Sequence record: SRR31156797_768
Strand: one strand, 5' to 3'
DNA length: 61,562 bases
The notes beneath the pieces are model-generated. The model did not search any database. It was not told the DNA's origin and saw only the letters and a program-made list of their open reading frames with translations. Made by a program: the position numbers and the translations under genes. Positions 55,633 to 61,562 of the stretch are shown here, one piece after another (position 1 is the first letter of the stretch; each line of letters starts with the position of its first letter).

Positions 55633-56808
55633 ATGAACATACTTTATTACGACTGTTTCTCCGGCATCAGCGGAGACATGAATCTTGCCGCCATGATTGC
55701 GCTCGGAGTAAAGCCGAACCTCTTGATCGAAGGACTCTCACGTCTTGGCCTTGATGACGAATTTTCCTTCGAAATAACCAATAATTTTCGCAAGGGTATT
55801 CACGGCACCCGTGTGGATGTAATTCTCAAGGATCACCGGCGTACACACCGAAATCTTGATGACATCGAAACGATCATAACCACGAGTTCGCTCAAAGAAT
55901 CGATTAAGACAACCAGCCTTGCCATATTCCGCTGTCTGGCTGAAGCCGAAGCCACCGTCCACGACACGGATGTGGATAAAATCCATTTCCACGAAGTCGG
56001 CGGGACTGACGCCATCGTGGATATTGTGGGTGCGGCCATCTGTTTTGACCTCTTGAAAGTCGATGCTGTCTGGTGTTCTTCCATAGAAATGGGCGGCGGC
56101 TTTGTCACATGTTCTCACGGCACCATCCCTGTACCAGCACCAGCCACCGTCGAAATCCTGCACGGCCATCCAACCACTCGTGGAGCCGTAAAAAAGGAAA
56201 CAACGACCCCAACCGGCGCAGCTATTCTCGTCACACTTGTCGATCACTTCACGGACACACCGGCCATGACTATCGAAAAGACAGGATACGGCATAGGCCA
56301 TCGGGACACGAATATTCCCAATGTTCTCCGGGTGCATCTGGCTTCTATTCAGGAAAAACCAACGGGGCTGAAAACAATCCCGGCACGATTGCTTCAATGC
56401 AACATCGACGACATGACCGGAGAAATGCTCGGCGCAGCCCTTGACCAACTCATGGATGGCGGAGCCATGGATGTCCACTTCACCCCCATCGTCATGAAAA
56501 AAAGTCGCCCTGCCACAACTCTTTCAGTACTCTGTGGTGTCGAGGACGAAGGGAAATTCAAACATCTCCTTTTCAAACATACCACAACGCTGGGTATTAA
56601 ATCCATTCCACTGAACAAAACAGAGCTCAATATTTCATTTGAAAAACTGGAGACATCGCTCGGCACTGTGACCATGAAAAATGCGCATCTCGACGGACAG
56701 GTCCTCCGCTCCAAGCCGGAATTGGAAGACTGTCGTACACTTGCACATAAACACAATATTCCCCTCAGTGACGTATACCTCGCAATCGACAAGGCACGCT
56801 CGAAATGA
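55633..56808 (+). CDS. larC: nickel-pincer cofactor nickel insertase LarC
   Basis: DCFSGISGDM, IHFHEVG..DAIVD, HGTIPVPAPAT, TPTGAA, CNIDD, MKKSRP, TTTLGI. Confidence 0.95.
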   Translation: MNILYYDCFSGISGDMNLAAMIALGVKPNLLIEGLSRLGLDDEFSFEITNNFRKGIHGTRVDVILKDHRRTHRNLDDIETIITTSSLKESIKTTSLAIFRCLAEAEATVHDTDVDKIHFHEVGGTDAIVDIVGAAICFDLLKVDAVWCSSIEMGGGFVTCSHGTIPVPAPATVEILHGHPTTRGAVKKETTTPTGAAILVTLVDHFTDTPAMTIEKTGYGIGHRDTNIPNVLRVHLASIQEKPTGLKTIPARLLQCNIDDMTGEMLGAALDQLMDGGAMDVHFTPIVMKKSRPATTLSVLCGVEDEGKFKHLLFKHTTTLGIKSIPLNKTELNISFEKLETSLGTVTMKNAHLDGQVLRSKPELEDCRTLAHKHNIPLSDVYLAIDKARSK

Positions 56809-57620
56809 CAACTGACATCACAATTTCCCCCGGCACCATGCAACGGTACGAGACACTCCTCAGCCTGTTAACCGACACAACAAGCGCACTCGTGGCTTTT
56901 TCCGGCGGTGTTGACAGTACACTGCTTCTGTATGCAGCCAAGGAAGCTCTCGGAGACAAAGCCATGGCTGCCACCATCTCCACCCCTTACACTCCCAAAT
57001 GGGAAATCACGGAGGCACGAGAATTCGCCGCATCCATCGGCGTAAAGTACAGTGAGATTGATCTCCCTTTTCCAGAAGCATTACGCATGAACCCGCCGGA
57101 TCATTGCTACACCTGCAAAAAAGCCCTATTTAGCATGTTACTCAAAGTAGCGACGGATCGGGGGCTATCCAGTGTTCTCGACGGCACGAACCTTGATGAT
57201 CTCGGCGATTACCGCCCCGGTTTAAAAGCACTGCGCGAACTGGGTGTCATGAGCCCGCTGATGGAGGCCGAATTGTCCAAACAGGACATACGTGAGCTAT
57301 CCCACCACTTCAATCTGCCCACATGGGATAAACCGGCCTTTGCCTGTTTACTCTCGCGTATGCCGGTCAATAAACGGGTCACCGAATCAGCATTGACTCG
57401 AGTGGAGCAGGCAGAAATCTACCTCATGAAAAACGGATTTCCGGCAGTCCGAGTACGCCATCATGGAGACGTCGCCCGCATTGAAGTTCCACACGATCAA
57501 ATTGCCGATCTCGTCTCACACGGTCACCACATCAATGCCAGACTCCGAGAACTTGGCTACCGTCACGTAGCCGTAGATCTTGCCGGATATTCCATGGGCA
57601 GCCTGAACCGCCCGTCCTGA
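56805..57620 (+). CDS. larE: ATP-dependent sulfur transferase LarE
   Basis: PP-loop FSGGVDS, CYTCK, DGTNLDDLGDYRPG, WDKPAFACL, RVRHHG..ARIE. Confidence 0.95.
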   Translation: MTTDITISPGTMQRYETLLSLLTDTTSALVAFSGGVDSTLLLYAAKEALGDKAMAATISTPYTPKWEITEAREFAASIGVKYSEIDLPFPEALRMNPPDHCYTCKKALFSMLLKVATDRGLSSVLDGTNLDDLGDYRPGLKALRELGVMSPLMEAELSKQDIRELSHHFNLPTWDKPAFACLLSRMPVNKRVTESALTRVEQAEIYLMKNGFPAVRVRHHGDVARIEVPHDQIADLVSHGHHINARLRELGYRHVAVDLAGYSMGSLNRPS

Positions 57621-57632
57621 TAGGGAAACACC

Positions 57633-58385
57633 ATGAAAGACGACATATTAAAAAACATTCTGCAAAGTGTGCAAGATGGCACCCTGCCCATTGATCAAGG
57701 ACTGGACAAGCTTCGTGATCTTCCGTTTTTGGACATCGGTCATACGAAGATCGACCTGCATCGATCCCTGCGCAACGGTTTCCCGGAGGTCATCTACGGT
57801 TCCGGCAAGACGCCTGAACAGGTGGCAGATATTTTCGCGCACATGCAGGAACACGGCAATATTTTGGCGACCCGCATTACCGAGAAAACAGCCGAACATG
57901 TCTGCGCACAATTCCCGGAAGTCCAATACAACGCCACGGCCCGCACGCTCACATGGGTCAAGAACGCAATCAGCTACGGCACCACTCAAATCGCCATTAT
58001 CACAGCCGGGACTTCAGACCTACCCGTGGCCGAGGAAGCCAAAGTCACCTGCGAGATACTCGGCTCGCGCGCCACGATCCTCTCAGATGTAGGCGTTGCT
58101 GGTATACATCGTCTGTTTGATCGTATGGAAGACATTCGCAAGGCTTCCGTGCTCATCGTCATCGCGGGTATGGAAGGTGCGCTCGCCAGTGTTATCGGCG
58201 GGCTAGTGGATCAACCGATCATCGCAGTGCCAACCTCTGTCGGATACGGTGCCAATTTCTCAGGCCTGTCCGCCCTGCTCGGCATGCTCACATCCTGTGC
58301 CAGCGGCGTGACCGTGGTCAATATCGACAACGGTTTCGGAGCAGCCTGCGCTGCCTGTAAGATAGCCAGACTTATTGAAAAATAG
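57633..58385 (+). CDS. larB: NaAD carboxylase/hydrolase LarB
   Basis: GFPEVIYG, AGTSDLPVAEEA, DVGVAGIHR, AGMEGAL, VPTSVGYG, VVNIDNGFGAA. Confidence 0.95.
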   Translation: MKDDILKNILQSVQDGTLPIDQGLDKLRDLPFLDIGHTKIDLHRSLRNGFPEVIYGSGKTPEQVADIFAHMQEHGNILATRITEKTAEHVCAQFPEVQYNATARTLTWVKNAISYGTTQIAIITAGTSDLPVAEEAKVTCEILGSRATILSDVGVAGIHRLFDRMEDIRKASVLIVIAGMEGALASVIGGLVDQPIIAVPTSVGYGANFSGLSALLGMLTSCASGVTVVNIDNGFGAACAACKIARLIEK

Positions 58386-58393
58386 CAGATACC

Positions 58394-58570
58394 ACCTTCG
58401 GTGGAATTATCAGGTGATTTCGTCTCCGACGGCCAAAGGGTAACACCCTTTGGATTCCCACTATCGCCTTCGGCGAATTGATTCCTTTAAATAACACACC
58501 CATTTCCATCTCCCTCCTCGCGAAGCGACACAAAAAGTTTTGGAAAAGGATGGGATGGGGGGGCTGGGGG
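58394..58570. repeat. short palindromic intergenic (REP-like) elements
   Basis: CTCCGACGGCCAAAGGG-TAACA-CCCTTTGGATTCCC, ACCTTCGGT and CGCCTTCGGCG mini-hairpins, and AAAAGTTTTGGAAAAGGATGGGATGGGGGGCTGGGGG. These resemble dispersed Desulfovibrionaceae repeats from memory; single copy in this window. Confidence 0.4.
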
Positions 58571-58576
58571 CTCTTC

Positions 58577-59581
58577 CTACCCGATCTTACGGACGGATCG
58601 GCGTTCCACCAGCGTAGGCTCGATCTTGATGACCTTGCCCTTGGTACGCTTGCTATCCAGCCTATCGATAAGGGTATCCACGGCCATGGCCGCAATTTCA
58701 CCCTTGGGCTGATGAATGGTCGTCAAAGGCGGCGCGGCATGTTGCGCGATATAAATATCATCATACCCGATAAGTGACAGATCACCGGGAACACTAATTC
58801 CCAAACGGGAGGCTTCACTAATAATACCAAGAGCCATCATGTCATTGCACACGAAAAGGGCTGTGGGACGGTCAGCGAGATCGTTCAAACGCTGCATGGC
58901 CCGGACACCACCTTCGCACTCGTAATCTCCTTCCACGATCCACTCTTCTCGCACAACCAATCCGGCATCGTGCATGGAACTTCGGAATCCTTCTAACCGT
59001 TCTTTGGCAGACCGTCTGTCCATGGGACCAGTTACACATCCAATGGCCGTGTGCCCCATGGAAATGAGATGCTCAGTCGCCAATCGCGCCCCGTAGGGAG
59101 AATTGTCGTAAATACGATCCACGTTGTCGGATTCCGGTCCCCAATCAAAAACCACGATAGGCACACTACGCTCGGCTTCAAGCAATTTAATCACATCGTC
59201 GTTGACTTCGCTGCACAGCAAAAGCAGCCCGTCCACGCGCTTTTCTTCCAAGGCGTCGAGATTGGTCTCCATTCGATGAATGTCACCTTCAGTATTGCAA
59301 AGAAATAAAGTGTAGCCACGCTCGTAACATCGCCGTTCTACGCCATGCACGACCTCCGCGAAAAACGGGTTTCGACTGGTTGTAACGAGCATACCAAGTG
59401 TTCGGGTCTTCTGCCCCTTGAGACTGCGCGCTATGGAAGAAGGCCGATAGTTTAACTCTCGCACGGCCTTCTTCACCCGATCGCAGGTATCTTCCCTGAC
59501 AAACCGAGTCTTATTCAAGACATGCGACACGGTTGATGTCGACACTCCAGCGAGCTTTGCTACGTCTTTGATCGTTGCCAT
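58577..59581 (-). CDS. rbsR: LacI-family ribose operon repressor
   Basis: MATIKDVAKLAGVSTSTVSHVLN HTH; follows rbsK. Confidence 0.9.
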   Translation of the reverse strand: MATIKDVAKLAGVSTSTVSHVLNKTRFVREDTCDRVKKAVRELNYRPSSIARSLKGQKTRTLGMLVTTSRNPFFAEVVHGVERRCYERGYTLFLCNTEGDIHRMETNLDALEEKRVDGLLLLCSEVNDDVIKLLEAERSVPIVVFDWGPESDNVDRIYDNSPYGARLATEHLISMGHTAIGCVTGPMDRRSAKERLEGFRSSMHDAGLVVREEWIVEGDYECEGGVRAMQRLNDLADRPTALFVCNDMMALGIISEASRLGISVPGDLSLIGYDDIYIAQHAAPPLTTIHQPKGEIAAMAVDTLIDRLDSKRTKGKVIKIEPTLVERRSVRKIG

Positions 59582-59587
59582 AGTATT

Positions 59588-60514
59588 CTATACGTTCGCT
59601 TTCATGAACGCGTGGACCTCTTTAAGGGTCGGTATGGATGTTTGTGCGCCCACCCGTGTCACAGACAGGGCCGCCGCCGCATGGGAAAATTTGATTGCCG
59701 AACGCATGTCCTGCCCTTCTTGAAGGGCCGCGACCAATGCGCCATTGAAAGTATCACCGGCAGCCGTGGTATCCACGGGATCAACTTGATAACCGGGAAT
59801 CAACTCGGAAGCATCTGGGGAACTCAGATAAGCACCTTGACTCCCGAGCGTAATTAAGACGGTTTCAACGCCTTTGTCATGTAAAATTTCTGCCGCTTTA
59901 CGTGCATCACTTTCTAAGTTGACCGTGATACCGGTCAAAACCTCGGCCTCTGTCTCATTGGGGGTAATCATGGCAAGATCAGCGAGCAAAGACTCCGGCA
60001 AAACGCACGCCGGGGCTGGATTCAATATCACACGTGTCCCAGCCGCACAGGCTTTTCGGGCAGCCAGAAGCACGCTTTCCAACGGGCTTTCCAATTGCAT
60101 GAGCAAAGTATCTGCCGCCTGCAAAAGAGACAGGTGCGGCTCAAGTCGTGCAGGGGTCAACGCCGAATTAGCTTCAGGAGATATGGAAATGGAATTCTCA
60201 CCACTGGCCGCAATCTGGATAAGCGCGATGCCAGTAGGCGTGTCATCCACGGTCATGACACCAACGGTATCCATGCCGTCCTCCTGAAACCTATCAATCA
60301 TGTGATGACCAAAGTCATCATCACCGACACAGGCAATGAAACCGACACTCGCGCCAAGACGTGCGGCTGCCACGGCCTGATTCGCACCCTTGCCGCCGGG
60401 AATAACCTGATACCCGTGTCCCGTGACGGTTTCACCGGGACGGGGGAAATCATCCACTTGCAGGACGTGGTCGGCATTAACACTGCCGAGGACAATCAGT
60501 TTCGGTGAAGCCAT
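59588..60514 (-). CDS. rbsK: ribokinase
   Basis: [42 protein letters not shown]. Confidence 0.96.
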   Translation of the reverse strand: MASPKLIVLGSVNADHVLQVDDFPRPGETVTGHGYQVIPGGKGANQAVAAARLGASVGFIACVGDDDFGHHMIDRFQEDGMDTVGVMTVDDTPTGIALIQIAASGENSISISPEANSALTPARLEPHLSLLQAADTLLMQLESPLESVLLAARKACAAGTRVILNPAPACVLPESLLADLAMITPNETEAEVLTGITVNLESDARKAAEILHDKGVETVLITLGSQGAYLSSPDASELIPGYQVDPVDTTAAGDTFNGALVAALQEGQDMRSAIKFSHAAAALSVTRVGAQTSIPTLKEVHAFMKANV

Positions 60515-60535
60515 AAAAAATACTCTCTTAATTCG

Positions 60536-60567
60536 AAAAAAGGCGCACCGAGACTGCTCGGTGCGCC
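60536..60567 (-). terminator. hairpin with U-tract after rbsB
   Basis: AAAAAAGGCGCACCGAG-ACTG-CTCGGTGCGCC. Confidence 0.65.
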
Positions 60568-60579
60568 AAACATATCGAG

Positions 60580-61458
60580 TTATTGGACAACCATCAGGGG
60601 AACGGGAATATTTGCTTCAACCTTCTGGCCCTTGAGGACCTTGTCGGCTGTCTCAACGCCAAGAGAACCGATCAAGGCAGGTTGCTGGGCAATGGTACCG
60701 GCCATGTCGCCACGCTTGACAGCGGCAACGCCATCATCTGTGCCGTCAAAACCGACAATAACGACCTTCTTGCCTGCGGCCTGAAGAGCACGCATGGCAC
60801 CGAGGGCCATTTCATCGTTCTGGGCGAAGACGCCCTGCACATCACCGTAATTGGCGAGCAGATTTTCCATGACGTTCAAGCCCTTGGTACGATCAAAATC
60901 GGCAGGCTGAGAGGCCAGAACCTTAAAACCATTGGCCTTGACAGCCTGTGCGAAACCAGCACCACGATCACGGGCGGCGGAAGTACCAGGCAGACCTTCG
61001 AGCTGAATAACCATGGCACCCTTGCCAAGCTTTTCAGCCATGAAATCACCGGCCATCTTACCACCTGCGACGTTATCGGAAGCGATGTGAGAAGCCACTT
61101 TACCATGAGAAGCGCCGCGATCAAGGGTCAAAACCGGAATACCGGCAGTGTTGATCAGACGAATGGCGTTGGAAACAGCATCGGAATCAGTGGGGTTGAT
61201 CAGAATAGCCTTGACGCCGCGAACGGTCAGGTCTTCCACATTGGCAAGCTCTTTGGACGGGTCATTCTGGGAATCCAAAACGATCAGCTCGTAGCCCATC
61301 TCATCGGCTTTCTTCACTGCACCGTCTTTCAGGGTCACGAAAAATGGGTTGTTCAGCGTGGAAACCACCAGGGCGATGGTGTCCTTTGCCTGAGCAGAGA
61401 CGCCAAGAGCCATGGTCAACACCAAGGCCAGGGCGAGGGTCAAAAGTTTTTTCATCAT
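60580..61458 (-). CDS. rbsB: ribose ABC transporter substrate-binding protein
   Basis: [52 protein letters not shown]. Confidence 0.95.
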   Translation of the reverse strand: MMKKLLTLALALVLTMALGVSAQAKDTIALVVSTLNNPFFVTLKDGAVKKADEMGYELIVLDSQNDPSKELANVEDLTVRGVKAILINPTDSDAVSNAIRLINTAGIPVLTLDRGASHGKVASHIASDNVAGGKMAGDFMAEKLGKGAMVIQLEGLPGTSAARDRGAGFAQAVKANGFKVLASQPADFDRTKGLNVMENLLANYGDVQGVFAQNDEMALGAMRALQAAGKKVVIVGFDGTDDGVAAVKRGDMAGTIAQQPALIGSLGVETADKVLKGQKVEANIPVPLMVVQ

Positions 61459-61474
61459 ACACTCCTTATGTTGT

Positions 61475-61561
61475 TTACTCCTTGCTTTTCGTATCAACCA
61501 GGACCGCTAACAGGATGACCAGCGCCTTGGCGATCATCTGATAATAGGAAGATACATCAAG
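61475..61561 (-). CDS. rbsC: ribose ABC permease, C-terminal end only (truncated by the window edge)
   Basis: [28 protein letters not shown] directly upstream of rbsB. Confidence 0.85.
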   Translation of the reverse strand, partial: LDVSSYYQMIAKALVILLAVLVDTKSKE

Positions 61562-61562
61562 C

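Noticed and set aside
60583-61518. 311-aa plus-strand ORF
   Set aside because: Antisense shadow of the strongly codon-biased rbsB.
1-61562. CRISPR arrays, tRNA/rRNA, IS elements, integrases, selenocysteine read-through
   Set aside because: No regularly spaced repeats, cloverleafs, transposase/integrase motifs or in-frame TGA within otherwise intact genes were seen; NapA uses Cys at the Mo ligand.

Overview
Gene-dense chromosomal segment from an anaerobic sulfate reducer. Gene content (napCMADGH, periplasmic hydAB, 17-bp Fur boxes) points to Desulfovibrionaceae, probably Pseudodesulfovibrio-like; this is an inference. From left to right: (1) membrane protein, Tat-exported metallo-beta-lactamase-fold enzyme, N-terminally extended COG0523 GTPase and exbB-exbD-tonB; (2) Fur-boxed AraC / TonB-dependent receptor / methyltransferase / ABC uptake module; (3) a nitrate-respiration island with a NapC-type tetraheme plus an octaheme reductive Hao-like cytochrome, a heme-c-sensing hybrid kinase with sigma-54 regulator, napCMADGH and a small siroheme reductase. 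The hao and nap operons share sigma-54 promoters and the same upstream palindrome; (4) periplasmic [FeFe]-hydrogenase hydAB and maturases hydG-E-F, with a structured leader and a decayed aspA relic; (5) a Fur-controlled iron region where feoA-feoA-feoB runs into homologues of Pseudomonas fpvJ-K-C-D-E-F, with DUF4198 proteins and a divergent Fur paralogue; (6) RRM protein, DUF1611 plus PLP racemase, mntP and a second AraC/TBDR module; (7) amino-acid ABC transporter with a TPR-fused permease, larC-larE-larB without larA, and the end of an rbs operon. No rRNA, tRNA, CRISPR array, transposase or integrase was recognised. All family calls come from motif recognition by eye; no database searches were run.
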